Assembly (NCBI GenBank): GCA_951406725.2
Contig: OX597832.1
Coordinates: 40,734,001 to 40,798,000, forward strand
Direction of reading: 5' to 3'
Length of the DNA: 64,000 nucleotides
Source of the DNA: Octopus vulgaris
Lineage: Eukaryota
Shown here: in pieces, positions 36,898 through 51,608 of the stretch
How positions within the stretch are numbered: position 1 is the stretch's first letter
How the letters are laid out: each line of letters begins with the position of its first letter
Notes under the pieces: model-generated
Seen by the model: only the letters and a program-made list of their open reading frames with translations
Told to the model about the DNA's origin: nothing
Database searches by the model: none
Position numbers and translations under genes: made by a program

Positions 36898-39223
36898 TAC
36901 AGTTTTTGTATGAGAAATTATTAATGTTATTGTGTAGATGCTGGAACAGGCATGGCTGAGTGGGTAAGAAACTCGTTCTGCAACCATGAGCCTTCAGGTT
37001 CAATCCCACTGCGCTGCTCCTTGGGCAAGTGTTTTCTGCTCTTGTCATGGATCAATCAATGCCTTGTCAGTGAATTTTGGTTGACAGAAACTGTGTGGAA
37101 GCCTGTCATATCTTTTATCTTTTAGTTGTTTCAGTCATTGGACTGTGACCATGCTGGGGCACCACCTTGAACAATTTTTAGTTGAATTACTCAACCCTAG
37201 TACTTATCTTTTGTGAAGCCTGGTACTTATTCTATTGGTCTCTCTTGCTGAACTGCTAAGTTATGGGGATGTAAGCTCACCAACACTGGTTGCCAAGCAA
37301 TGGTGTGTGGGGACACACAGACACATACAACAGGCTTACTTTTAAAACAAAAATTGAAAAAAGGTGGACCTTGTTGCATAAAACTTCAGGTATTCAAACA
37401 TATTAATCTGTACCTGATTTAACCCTATCGTAATTTACAGGTGGTGACATTTTGCACATGTTCAAGTTTCCTGGGGCTTGTTCATTGCTGCCTGTTTTGG
37501 GTTTAATATGCTCAGACCAGCTTGCATCCTTTTTCCATGTGTTGCCTGACTCGACGAATTTCCATGTCTGTCCATCACCACATGAGCTAAAATCCACATG
37601 TAATGCTGAATCACGATTCAAGGAAGTTACAACATGTAGCTTTAGGCATGTATTAGGTAGCAAACCAGAAAGATCTCATGGTTTCAGTTATTGGCCTCTG
37701 ACCATGTTCCAATATAACTTCCAAAGGTTCAGGTCATATATATTAATTCCGGTTTAAGGGCTAATCTATTTTAAGACTCTCCATGCATTAAATGGCTAAG
37801 TTGACCTGAGTTATGTCCCTTTACATAGTTATCTCCCTTCTCCAGACTTTGCCATCTCAATTATATACTCACACATATGCACATCCACACAAATACACGT
37901 ACATGTATATCATCTTCATCATTTAATGTCTGATCTCTGTAGAGGCATCAATTAGATAATTAGTCAGGAGCCAATTAGTCTGGTTGATTAGCTGAAACTC
38001 GAATGTCTGCTTTGGCTGGGTTTCTATTGCTGGATGCACTTCCTAATGCCAAGCACTTTACAGAGTGGCACTGGGTGCTTTTTGCATGGCACCAACACCA
38101 GTGAGGTCCCCAAGTAATTTGCAAGGCATGACTCCTTAACAGGTGAGAAATAGTTGGCTTTATGTTAGGTCATGAAGGCTTATAGTGTGGTAATGAGATA
38201 GAAACAGGTGACTTGTTGTTGAGGAACTACATGGCTGCCCCTTTTAGGAAAGAAAGGTAGTGGTAAAGAGGTGTCAAGTTGCTCCCTCAAATTACAAGAA
38301 GATGAATATAAGTGGTCGAGGGAATTGGACTGGGTGGATGGGTAGGTAAGTTTGCAGGGGTGTGAAAGGTGAGTGGCAGGTAAATGCAGATGGAAGTAGA
38401 GGCAAATGCAGTGAATGGTAAATATGTGTTGAGGCATGGTCAGTGTCAGTGGTAAATACCACTTTTGGAGAAGAGGGAATGTGGAGGCGATAGGAGGCAG
38501 CACAGGTGATGTGAAGTGTGGACAGGTGATGTGGAAGTGTGCAAGGGTTGTACACTGTCTGGGATAAAGTCAGCAGTACATAGGGGTGGAAATGGTGGGA
38601 GACGAGCACAGGTAGTGAGAGCTGCCATTGGCAGAATAAGGTGTACAGGGAAAAAGTGGAGATAAAAAGGGCGTTCAGTGGAAAATACATACGCTTATTC
38701 ACACACATATTTATAATATACACAGGGGTTTTTCCCACAGTTTTATCTTCTGGATTTGATGTAAGGCTTTGATCAGTCCAAGAGAACACTAGAAGATCAT
38801 TATTCAGAATGTCATTGCTGGGAAGCAGACATTTTGACTACTCAGCCATACTCATGCACAGCAGTTTGTAATATATAAATCTTCCTAAGATGGTGAGCTG
38901 GCAGAATTGTTAGTACGTCAGGCAAAATGCTTAGTGGCATTGCGTCTGTCTTTACGACCTGAGTTCAAATTCCACCGAGATTGACTTTGCTTTCATCCTT
39001 TCGGTGTTGATAAAGTACCAATTGAGTAATGGGGTTGATGTAATCAACTTAATCCTACCCGAAATTGCTGGCCCTTTGTGTCAAAATCTGAAGTCAATAT
39101 ATAAACCTTCTACAGGTCCCAGGTTCCCTTTAGTGTCCTATTCCTGGTTTACTCTGATATCCCTTATTTCTTCTCCTGCTTTGAACCATGTAGTCTTCTA
39201 GGATGGGGACATTTGTGTGCATG

Positions 39224-39272
<49 letters not shown>

Positions 39273-39652
39273 TTATTCACTGATGGAAACATATACATGG
39301 ACCTATGTGTACATATGTGCATGCGTGAGCATCATACACACACACACACACAGTCCAACAGGTACAACTGGATGAACATATGGCAAACATCCTACACATC
39401 CATAAACACACTCATAGACAAACACATACTTACATAGATGGAGACACACACTCACACAGATGAGAACACATACATGGACAAGCACACACACACACACACA
39501 CACAGATAAGAACACAAGCATGTGGACAAATACACACAAACATAGATAAACATATAAGCATATAGACAAGCACACATGGCCAAGTACTTGCAAACTTAGT
39601 CATATACACTCACCCACAAACACAATGACAAAAACAGATACACATGGATAAA

Positions 39653-39699
<47 letters not shown>

Positions 39700-40200
39700 G
39701 CATGGACAAACATGCTCACACACGCCCCCCATTGCTCATAAATACATAGAAAGATATGCATCTTTATCATAGCAGAGTCTGCATCACAAAGACTAGTTTT
39801 TCCTCTTCAAAGCCAGGAAATATTTCAACCCCGCCCACCACCACCAAACAACCACATACACTCTCTCTGCAAAGCTCATATTAGAGCCATAATGGAGCAT
39901 TGTGTCTACATCTGGAACGGTACAGCTATTTAAATGTACAGACATCCTCAAGAATCACCACCACCACTAAAGAAAGTCAACTCAATTGATGGGCATGAGG
40001 TCACTCTCAGATACTCAATCTTCTTGCCCCTCCCCCACAAGTGTCCTGTGTCATTTCCCTGCCTTTTCTACTCTGACTACAATGGCTTGTGTTCTTTGGA
40101 GTTGACTGGTTTTTGTTCCACTTCTACTCGCCGTTCCTCCTTTCATTATTCTTGATTGATACATACATACATACACACACATTCATACATGATATATATA

Positions 40201-40616
40201 TATTTCTTTACTACCCACAAGGGGCTAAACATAGAGGGGATAAACAAGGACAGACAAATGGATTAAGTCGATTACATCGACCCCAGTGCGTAACTGGTAC
40301 TTAATTTATCGACCCCGAAAGGACGAAAGGCAAAGTCGACCTCGGCGGAATTTGAACTCAGAACGTAACGGCAGACAAAATACCTATTTCTTTACTACCC
40401 ACAAGGGGCTAAACATAGAGGGGACAAACAAGGAGAGACAAACGGATTAAGTCGATTACATCGACCCCAGTGTGTAACTGGTACTTAATTTATCGACCCC
40501 GAAAGGACGAAAGGCAAAGTCGACCTCGGCGGAATTTGAACTCAGAACGTAACGGCAGACGAAATACGGCTACGCATTTCACCCGGCGTGCTAACATTTC
40601 TGCCAGCTCGCCGCCT
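40201..40616 (-). mobile_element. SINE-B head-to-tail partial dimer (period 184 bp)
   Basis: TATTTCTTTACTACCCAC at 40201 and 40385; the full head is present only at 40560-40616. Confidence 0.92.
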
Positions 40617-40999
40617 TGTTGTCCCCCCCACTCCACTGGTGCCACACTGACCACAACATCCAATCCTTCCTCCCCCACTCTGTGTTGGCTCTCTAGAATT
40701 CGCTTCCCTCACATGAACTTTACTGTAGTTATCAACCAGTCGATGTTGACTGCACAACAGCATTGAGCTCGGGTCTCAGAGGGCTTGCAAAGGGCATGGA
40801 CACTGCTTTCTCCTCCGGAGGAAAACTAATGAAAAGAAACACACACTCAGCACATCAACAACATGCATTTAAAAGCACATACAGTCGAACACAGGCGTAC
40901 AAGTACGCAAACCAGATGCACACACATGTGCAAATGTAAATACCACACACACACATGGGAAAGCAAACACATGTCCAAACTCAACACAGTCACAAGTTC

Positions 41000-41092
41000 A
41001 CATAGACAAACATATGTATGTATGTATGTATATCTGTTTGTCTGTATCTATGTATGTATGCACACATACACACACACATATGTAGATGCACA

Positions 41093-41133
<41 letters not shown>

Positions 41134-41232
41134 CATACATATATATATATGTATCACATATATATATATATGTATCACATATATATATATATGTATCACA
41201 TATATATATATATGTATCATATATATATATAT

Positions 41233-41274
<42 letters not shown>

Positions 41275-41293
41275 GTGTATGTATATGTATGTG

Positions 41294-41348
<55 letters not shown>

Positions 41349-41941
41349 ATAGAGAGAGAGAGAGAGAAAGTGAAAAAAACCAAGGCATATGCACATAGCA
41401 AGATAGACATACATCGTTTTCTTTCTCTCTTCCCATGTGTGTGTGTGTGTGAGAGAGAGAGACAGACAGACAGACAGAGACAGAGATGGGCAACTCCACT
41501 CTCCCAGCTGTGTTTGGCTCTAAAGTGTTACAATGTTTATATATCCACTTCTTCCATACACCCCCCCCCCGCTTCTTTTATTTTATCAACATAACTGACT
41601 AATCACTTTGTGTGGGTGTAATTAACTACTCACACACACACACACACACCTATCATCTCTGCTAATGTCCTACAGTTATCCACCCTGTTCTTCTCTCTCT
41701 CTCTCTTTCAAATGGTTCTTCACTCTAATGGTTTATATTGCTCTAAAAATGTAAGTCTCATGAATAACCAAGCACACACACACACACGTTTACATACACT
41801 GTCATATATGTAGAAATATATATGTGTGTGTGTGTGTGTGTGTGCGTGTGTGTATATATATATATATATATACACACAGACACACATACACACACACACA
41901 CATATATATATATGTACCTATATATATGTATATATAAATAT

Positions 41942-41979
<38 letters not shown>

Positions 41980-42098
41980 TTACATATATGTAGATATGTA
42001 CATATATATATGCATATATACATACATATATACATATATATATATGCATATATACATATATATATGCATATATATGCATATATGTACATACACACAAT

Positions 42099-42146
<48 letters not shown>

Positions 42147-42210
42147 CATATATGCATGTAAATATATACATATATATATGTATATGTCTATGTGTGTACA
42201 CACACATGCA
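41000..42210. repeat. Extended (TA)n/(CA)n/(TG)n microsatellite cluster
   Basis: Seen directly; includes (CACATATATATATATATGTAT)-type higher-order units at ~41150-41225. Confidence 0.9.
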
Positions 42211-42741
42211 GTTACAGATAAAAATATTTTTCCCATGGATAATTCTTTCTCAGACATCCACATGTGCACACACCCACAAACACATTCAATCCATTGATGT
42301 TATTAGCATTTTTTTTCCTGACCAAATTTCTAATACAAAAACACTGTGGATATGATGTTTCAATTAATTTTTTAATCAATAATTGTGACGGTTTCGATTT
42401 AAAGAAAGGAAATAAGTTCGTACATAAAACTGAATTTGACAGCTGAAATTTTAGAACAGGTGCAACACCAATTTCCCAGTACCTTTGTTCCTAAAATGCT
42501 TCCGGATTACTGATTTACTAGGAGTGATTACATTTTAAATAGCCAAATATTAAATTGACTTAATTAATTAAATGAAAAACAGGTACTTTAGTTTAAATAT
42601 GAGTTTATTAATATTGTACTGTGCTGCCCCGGAAACTGGTCTGGTGGCCAAGGGAATTTGAAGTTCCTGGCTGTAAATTAGTGTGGATTATAAAGAGGTT
42701 CCAGACCACCAGTATCTCGAAAGTGGGTGTTGTACCTCTGA

Positions 42742-43477
42742 CCCTTTAGCATTTAAACTGGCTGTATCTGACCAAACCTGACCAAAGTATTCTTCCTGTT
42801 TGTTGTTCAAACTGGCCAGATCCAGCCTCTCACACCTGCACTGCAATGTTAGTCTAAAAAATATGGTTCAAAATTGAAATCTCTAGGCTACAATATAATG
42901 CAGGATAAATTTAAAACAATTTGAATAGATAAGTGTTACATCGTAAAAGTGTCCATGCAGCACAACGTAAAAGTACCTGTGCAGTGTTATGTAAAAACGC
43001 CTGTGCAGTACCACGTAAAAGCACCCAGCACACTCTGTAAAGTGGTTGGCATTAGGGAGGACATTCAGCCATAGAAGCCATGCCAAATCAGACTGGAGTC
43101 TGGTGCAACTCACCAGCTTGCCAGCCCTGGACACACTGTCCAACCCATGCCAGCCAGCATGGACAACAGGTATTAAATGATGATGATGATAACGATGATG
43201 ATTATTTGATAAAAAAACCTGAATGCTAAAGGGCTAAATCTCCTTTAACCCTTTTGTTACTAACCTGGCCAAAACTGGCTCTGGCTATGTGGTAAAATGT
43301 CTTGTTTTCATAAGTTTTGAATCAAAATCTCCCACCAAACCTTAATCACAATTTACGTCCCTAACACTAGCTTAATGATATGATAATTAAGTTATTTTAC
43401 TAAATTCTTTGTTATATTTAAAGTAATTGAAAGAAACACAGAGCATCTCAAAATAAATACGGTAACGAAAGGGTTAA
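42742..43477. mobile_element. P2 MITE with SINE-C insertion (42742-43237) immediately followed by P1 MITE (43245-43477)
   Basis: CCCTTTAGCATTT...AATGCTAAAGGG, then TTAA|CCCTTT...GGTAACGAAAGGG|TTAA. Confidence 0.82.
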
Positions 43478-44171
43478 ATGAGCAGGGGTTAGGGTTAGGG
43501 TTTTCGAGTACTTATAAGTTTGATTCATTCGACTGAAAACTCTCAAGTCGGTGCCTTAGCATGGTCGCAGTCTAATGAAGTAAAAGACACACACACACAC
43601 TTTCATAGCCACATGCACACCGCATGTATACATGAATCATTCACCCACATTTGCTCACAAATTCACATGCATACATATATATATATGCTTTCTGACACCC
43701 ACTCATGCACATCTGTTTATGGTGTTGCAACCTACATATTCTGTCACATATTTACATGTGCACTTTCTCAGACACTTTTGCATCCACATTCTCTTAAAAC
43801 ATACTCTTCATCCGTGTTCTCTCACACTTGCATCTCTGATCTCTTCATGCACACTCACATCCATGCTATTTCATAGGTGTGGCTCATAGGTGCAGGTGTG
43901 GCTGTGTGGTAAGATGATTGCTTTGCAACCACATGGTTCTGGTTTCAGTCCCGCTGCATGGCACCTTGGACAAGTGTCTTCTACTATAGCCTCGGGCCGA
44001 CCAAAGCCTTGTGTGTAGATTTGGTAGATAGAAACTGAAAGAAGCCCATTGTACACACACATATACACATACGCACGTTATATATATGTGTGTGTATATA
44101 AAAACATGTGACACATGTTTTTATAAATCATATATTAGTGCTTGCATCTACTCTAGTAGACTCTCCATATT

Positions 44172-44215
<44 letters not shown>

Positions 44216-44349
44216 TATATATAATAAAAATTTGTAAATACAAAACCATCCAGATTTCTGAGTACCTTATTTCTTCTAATATATAATACCTGTACATCAC
44301 CTCCAAAACTTGTCCCCTCTATGTTTAGCCCCTTGTGGGTAGTAAAGAA

Positions 44350-44415
<66 letters not shown>

Positions 44416-45018
44416 TACGTACATATATATGTTTAGTCAAATTTATAATTAAAGAATTAAGGTTTAGAAAGTAGGCATTAAATGCAGTATCCAAACCTTG
44501 CTTCCGGGTAAGACCCAGGTAGTGTGCCTCAGAGCACGTTCACCACTTGTGGCTATCAGGCTTCATCAGCGATACTGTGCATTCATCATTTGATCTGCGT
44601 CCAGAATTCTGAGGTGCACATAGGGTATATTTTAAATGATTCATATGGAAGACAAGTGTGTAACTAGAAGCATTTATTAGCACAGCAATCATTTCGGTTT
44701 TATTCTGCACTGCTCCCTGGTGGTGCGTGGGACGATATAATGATACCATTATATGTATATGTATATTGTTGTCAGTGGCTTTATCTTGTATCCAAGAATT
44801 TAGTTTCTTCTTTGCTGAACGCTTCCTTTATGGTGATGACATTGATGACTCTGTAGACCAATTCTTGCATAGAAGAGTCGATGGCATTGAGTGCATGGCA
44901 ATGTTGGCGGAGGACAAGGTTGGTTTTGTTGAGCCTTTCTGTATTGTTGTTTGACTTCTTCCTTTCCTCTTATGTGTGTGTGTGTATTTCCCCACCACCA
45001 TCACCACCGCCACTTGAC

Positions 45019-45305
45019 AACTTTGCCTTTCATCCTTTCAGGGTCGATAAATTAAGTACCAGTTACGCACTGGGTTCGATGTAATCGACTTAATACCTAT
45101 GTCTGTCCTTGTTTGTCCCCTCTATGTTTAGCCCCTTGTGGGCAATAAAGAAATAGGTATTTGTTTGTTTACTCCCTGCAACTTAGCGGTTCAGCAAAAA
45201 AAGCGACCAATAGATTAAGTACGAGGCTTCAGAATAAGTCTCAGCGTTCAATTTGTTCAGCATGGCCGCAGTCCAATGACTGAAACGATTAAAAGATAAA
45301 AAGAT
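45019..45305 (+). mobile_element. SINE-B 3' half embedded in a SINE-A tail
   Basis: B body 45019-45162 ending GAAATAGGTATTT, flanked by A-tail motifs. Confidence 0.8.
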
Positions 45306-46173
45306 ACGAAAGTAGATGAGCATTGAGGAGAAGACCTCCTCCATCAATAAAAACAACTACAAATCTGGTGTCTAACAGCAATGAAATATTATTGATTTAT
45401 CAACTTTTTATCTTCATCTTTCCACCACCACCACCACCACCACCACCACCCTCTTCACTCGCCGTCGCTTCCCCACCCCCCACCATCCCTCCCTTTAATG
45501 GCGAAACTCTTTAGCTTCAATTCAGTTCGGTTGGTGTGTTTGGTGCCCTCTGATTAAACTTCTGTGTTAAATCTACTGTGATGATGATGATGATGACGAC
45601 GATGATGGTGGTGGTGGTGGTGGCAGTGGTGAATGGTAGCTGCAGTGGTGATTGCTGGTTGTTATTTTCTAACATTTTTCAATAAACAAACAATAACGCT
45701 AGTAATATTAATAACAATCAGACATGTCTCTTTGGTTAAGAAGCTCACTTTGCATCTACGTAATCTTGTGTTCAGTTTCACCATGAAGCACCCTTGGGTA
45801 AGTGTCCCCCACTATAGCCCAAAGCCAACCAGTAACCCATGAGTGAAGTTGGTAGACAGAAACTGTGTGGAACTTTGCCTTTCATCCTTTCGGGGTCGAT
45901 TAAATAAGTACCAGTTATGCACTGGGGTTGATATAATTAGTTAGCCCTGGTCTACAGTAGAAGACACTTGCCCAAGCTCCTACACATTGGGACCAAACCT
46001 GAAATCATCTGGTTTCAAGGCAAACTTGTTAACCACGTAACCATGCCTGTGTCTATTATCACACAATTTTACTATACATGAAATTCCCTCTTCCCATTGG
46101 GCATAACTTTGTACCTCATGTCCTCTTGTCTTGTGCAGCTAATAGCTCTATCAAAGCTGTTTTGCTTGTTATT

Positions 46174-46361
46174 TTGTTGTTGATTAAACCTTGGTTAGGC
46201 TTTATGAATAATGTCTTTGACCAAAGACTCTCCGGTTTTGACCATCCCGTCTTGTATATCTAAGACTACATTGTGCAATGTCTCATTCACTTTTTAAGAT
46301 TTGAGGGAGATTTAGCTGCTAATTCTTGCAGATCTGCACAACCACATAGAAGCTCGTTGGT
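46174..46361 (-). mobile_element. Family E short repeat
   Basis: GAGGGAGATTTAGCTGCTAATTCTTGCAG...; (CAA)n tail on the minus strand. Confidence 0.75.
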
Positions 46362-47527
46362 TTTTATGTTTGTGTTTGAAAACTTGCTTCTACTGCTGCC
46401 TCTGCTGCTGCCTCTGTGGTTCTCTGGAGAATCCAACTTCAATATTGAATTTGTCTGAAAGTCTGGTGAATGGTTTAGTATTTGGCAGCAAACACTGAGT
46501 TAATTATTCAATAGAATAAACAGCAATGATAATTCCTTACATTGATGGCACCACAAGAGCCACCGTTTTGGTAGCCGGCGTTTTAGTCAATTGAATCGAT
46601 TCAGCAATATCAATGGAAGGACTAATACACAATTGCTTGACCTCTCAGAAATAACAACCAAATTACCATCAAACTGCAGCTTACAATCTTAAATAGAAAG
46701 ACAGGACACATTTGACATTGTTGTCATTCATATAATAAAATGACTGAATAGTCACGTATGGGACTCCTTTGATGATAAATCTGTTCAGTCAGGCTGGTTT
46801 GAAGTTAAACCGGAACCGATAAGTGATGGGGGAGGGGAGAGGAAAGGTAAATATGAGTTCCTGTTGTTGTTTCGCTCTGATTGAACAAATCTTTTATCAA
46901 AGATGCTTAGGTTGTGTTTGTCCCATCCCTGCCTTTTCTTATGAAGATTAGAGAGTGAGATTATAGTGTGATGGAGGAAAAAGACAACAGAAAAAGAAGC
47001 AACAAGAGAAAGAAATACAGAAAGGCCTTACCTTGGTGAAATCAGCGGTCACTCTCATGAATTCAACACATCTTGTCGCTCTGCCCTCTTTGCTGGAACT
47101 GACCACACGTGCTTGCTGACCACACGTGCTTCCTGCCCATGCATGCCCCTTTCACTCTTCTGCTGGCCCCTGCAAGCCTTACCTCTGCCCACCTCATCTG
47201 TCATCCTCTCCACCAACACCACATAGCTCATCACAGCCCATAACACTGCCAACACCACAGAGATTTTGAGGGTAATTTTACTGCTATTCTTAGCAGGTCA
47301 AAAGATCAAGTGGGATGGAGGTAGGAGTGCTTTCTTGCTGGCTTGATTCAACCCCGGTGTTTGCTGAAGGGATTAACTTGACTACTTAACTAGACAAGGG
47401 TCAGAACGACTATTTTGTTTAGTGGATTGACTACAGTTGTATGTCAGAGGAAGTGGAGGATGTCATCACTAAACTCACATCACCAATGAATTACTGATAT
47501 GCATATTATTATAGTTGTTGCTGTCAT

Positions 47528-47728
47528 TGTTATTAAGCCCCAGGCCGAGCAAACAAACCTATGATCAAGAGCATTCCAGTCATGACCATCATGTCTTATC
47601 ATGTGCTGGGAATCTTGGCTCACCTTGTCCAGTGTGTCCTTTTCTAAGATAGTGGGTGTGATTTGAGGGAAGTTTTCTTACTATTTCTAGTAGGTTAATT
47701 GACCACATGGGAGATCCCTTGTTGGCTC
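47528..47728 (-). mobile_element. Family E short repeat
   Basis: Minus-strand 5' end GAGCCAACAAGGGA...; 3' end ...CCTGGGGCTTAATAACAA. Confidence 0.75.
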
Positions 47729-48104
47729 ATATCATGATTCAGGTAGTTATTTATAAAGCCCATCTTGGCTGGTTGAGCTGTACTTGTGGTTTATGAGCTG
47801 ATGGTGTTTGGTTTTAGTTTAACTATGATATACTAATGAAGTATTTATAATAGAACCATCATGAAGTCTAGATTCTGTGGAATAGGGTTTGATTTTGAAA
47901 GCACATTGTGATCCTACCTGCCGAGTCTTCACTTACCAGTGTTGCTGCAATAATACTGATGTGATGTATAATAGTTAATATATCTAATATATCACACAAT
48001 ATATCAGCAAGTATTTGTTGGCAAAGTGATGATGAAACAATTGTAGTATTATGCAATAAAATGTGTTTGTTGAATCCAACCTCTCTTGTTTACACTTTTA
48101 AATG

Positions 48105-48135
<31 letters not shown>

Positions 48136-48412
48136 TGAGTAAATTTATATTTGAAGAAGAAAAAGTAAGAAAATGCACTGAGAACTTTATCAAGGACAAA
48201 AGAAAGAAAATATTTACATTTTTAATAAAATATGCTACTGGTTTCAATAATTTTTAAGGCAGTTTAATCATGCTGTTAATGTAGGGGAAAATGAATTACT
48301 ATAAATTAATCTTTCATGATATCAGTTCATCAGTTCTGGAAGTTTACTTGTTTGTCTTAGAAAATTCACGGGACAAAAAGCAGGAATAAGTCAAATATAT
48401 ATATATATATAT

Positions 48413-48612
48413 AAAGGGAAGGTTTACGAAAATAAACAAAAGACGAAGGCAGGTGGAGTACAAACAAACAAATGTATTAGTATAGCACTCAGGAATAGAA
48501 ATAGAAAAAGTCTTTTACGTATCGAGCCTACGCTCTTCTACAGAAAGGAACACAGAAAAAAAACAAGGAGAGAAAAAAAATGCGTGTAAAAGCTAACGAT
48601 CTATCATGGCGT
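48413..48612 (-). mobile_element. Penelope-like terminal repeat relic in (TA)n with hammerhead-like motif (48512-48547)
   Basis: Minus strand: CTTT-CTGTAGA-A-GAGC-GTAG-GCTC-GATA-CGTA-AAAG; downstream TTCCTGAG..ATTTGTT block shared with 63030-63216. Confidence 0.65.
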
Positions 48613-48655
48613 CCTGACTTCGGACACCAACTACCAGCATCGTGAATTTTATATG

Positions 48656-48711
<56 letters not shown>

Positions 48712-50504
48712 TAATGTCTTTTAGCTTAGATCTACTGGGTCAGGATTTAACGTAGATCTTTAGCAACAATAGCAAGAACAATTGAATGCAAAGATTGTTC
48801 CTATGCAACTGTTTCTCATTATGATTCTATGACTATTTATTTTTCTGTCTTTTGTTTCGTTCTGTGTACTGTACAGGTACAGGTAGACATCATTGCTGTC
48901 TTTCTTTATTCGACTTAGTCCTGCTTTCTGTCCCGTGAATTTCCTTTTCTTCTACTTTTCCCAACAGGTTGTTGTGTACCTGAACACTGTATACAAGAAG
49001 CTCATTATTACTAATTAACGTAAGGCAACGAACTAGCAGAGTCATTAGCACACTGGGCTAAATGCTTAACGGCATTTCATCTGTTTTTATGTTCTGAGTT
49101 CAAAATGTCACGGGGGTTGACTTTGCCTCTCATCCTTTAGGAGTAGATGCAATAAGTACCAGTTGCATAGTGGGGTTGATGTAATTGACTTAACCCCTCT
49201 CCTAAAATTGCTGGCCTTGTGTCAAAATTTGAAACCATTATTATTAGTTGATGTAATTACTGTTGGTTGTGGCCAGGGTTGGAGACCATTCAATATGATT
49301 ATGATAACGACTCCTAATTTTGGTGTAAGGTCGCACAGAAAGGCTGTTGTTATTTTGTGGGATTTGAACTCAGAATGTAAAGGGATGCAACCAGAGATTT
49401 TTGTTATTTTTGTTCTATTATCTCTGCCAATCACAATCTTCAATGCAATGATGATGATAATTATTGCTTCACATGTTGGCACAAGGCAGCAGTTTTAGGG
49501 GTCTGGGTATTTGTTGATTACATCCATCCCTGTATTTGACTGTTAATTTTATCAAAACCAAAAGGACAAAATGCAAAGTTGACCTTTGCAGGATTTGAAC
49601 TCAGAATGTAAAGATCTGGATGAAACATATTGCAAGTCATTTTTCTGATGCTCTAACCGTTCTGCCAACTTGCTGCCTTTGTTTCAAATTTTGGCACAAG
49701 GCCAGCACTTTATTATTTTATTGACCCTGGTGAAATGAAAGGCAAAATTTACCTTGGTTGGATTTGAACACAGAATGTAAAGTCAGAGCAACAAACACTG
49801 CAAAATATTTTCCTAACATGTTAATGATTCTACCAGCTCACTTTCTTATGATGATGGTGATTGTGATGGTAAACAAACCATCCCTTAATGTTTAGGCCTG
49901 ACCAAGATGACCCACAATAAAATGCATTTAGCTGTGATCATACTGCCTTTTTTTCTTTTCTTATATGGCATAGTGTATCTCTGATTACATTATTCAATGT
50001 GTCCCAGTTTGGAAGAGATTTGATTGCTAGTTCTCCGGAGAGAGGGAGACAAACTGCTGTGATGTTTGTAGAGATTATTAGAAGTGAGTTGGATTGAAGT
50101 AGCTTGTCAGGAATTGAAACCGTCTCCTTGAGTTCAGTGGCTGGCTTTTATACTTCTTGCCTCTTATGATGCAGAATCAACCTAATACGCCCTGTTTGGG
50201 TGTGTGTTTTTTACCTTGTTTGCATGCTTTTTTGTACCATATATACGATATATAAATGCATTTACATGTATGTATATTCATGTGTACGTATATACATTAC
50301 GTGTGTGTGTGTGTGTGTGTGTGTAAGGCGGTGCTCCAGCATGGCCGCAGTCAAATTACCGAACACAAATAAAAGAATAAAAGATTACATGTGTGTGTGT
50401 GTGTATATTCGCGCACGCACGCACACACACGCACACACACGCATACACAACATATAATAAAGACTGTATTGAGTTCTGCAATCTCTCAATAGTAGTGCAA
50501 CTAT

Positions 50505-50538
<34 letters not shown>

Positions 50539-51608
50539 GCTGCCGCCTTACTACTAGTAGTGATACGGCCACAATTAATTGATGCTGGTGTGTAGTATGA
50601 CCTACGAGAAGTCAGGCATTGGTTCTGTGGTTCTGCACCCGTACCCGCCTTCCTTCATCCAGTAATAGCTACCCCGCCACTAGATTCATCCCCCCCTTTT
50701 TTTTCTTTCCCCACCATCGTCTTTGCGAGATTAACCTCCACTTCACTCTCCTCCCTCTCTCTCCTGCACGCCGTCTTCTTCTCAGCCCCGTCCCCCCCCT
50801 CCCGCCGTCCCATCGTCCGCTCTCCAAGACTTCGCTGCTGCCACTCCCAAACTCTCCACACACAGTTTCACTCTCAAGACAAGTCAGTAGTGAAGTCTAT
50901 ATTATGAAGCAGGCCAGACCAGACCAGGCCAGGCCAGGCAAGTTTTATTAGTGGGAAGTTATGGAAGGGGGCCTACTTTGAGTTTTGAAAAGCGGGCCTC
51001 TTGCAGCATCCACTGTTTTTGGAGAAGAAGGAAGCTATTTAAGTAAGCCCTAACTCATCTGTCTTTCCTCTTCTCTCTCTTCTCTGTCTTTAAGAAATAA
51101 TTTTGAAAGCTTTCCTGCCTCTGCTTTTCTTTTTATTCTTTAGTTATTATATCATCTTAGTCGTTAGGAAGAACTTATCCTCCTATCATTTGTTATAAGT
51201 GTATGGATTAAACTCTGAGAATTGTGTGTTCGCTTGCACGTGGATTGCTATATATATATATATATATATATATGAATGTGTGTATTTACACATATACGCG
51301 TATATGTATGTATATGGTTAGTTATACGACCGTATATATGTTTACTATTGAATGTAGTACACACAAGTTGTGTAAAAACTCCATCCACATGCAGCGTAGC
51401 ACACGTGTAAAGCACACACGCACACCTCCGTCAAGCCTAAATACTCCCCTTCACTTTCCCTTCCACCCACAACTCCCTCGTCAGAAACTGACTTCATCTT
51501 CTAACAGATGTTCACCCCCTTCTCTCTCTCTCTCTCTCTCTCTGTTTCACTCTCATCCTTCACTTTCTTTCTCTCTCTCTCTCTCTCTTTGAGTCTTTCC
51601 TTCCTTCC

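Noticed and set aside
43488-43502. TTAGGG telomere-like repeat
   Set aside because: Only about two units, so not an interstitial telomeric array.
48305-48340. Minus-strand CTGATGA...GAAA hammerhead core
   Set aside because: No stem I pairing and a poor stem II; probably chance in AT-rich DNA.
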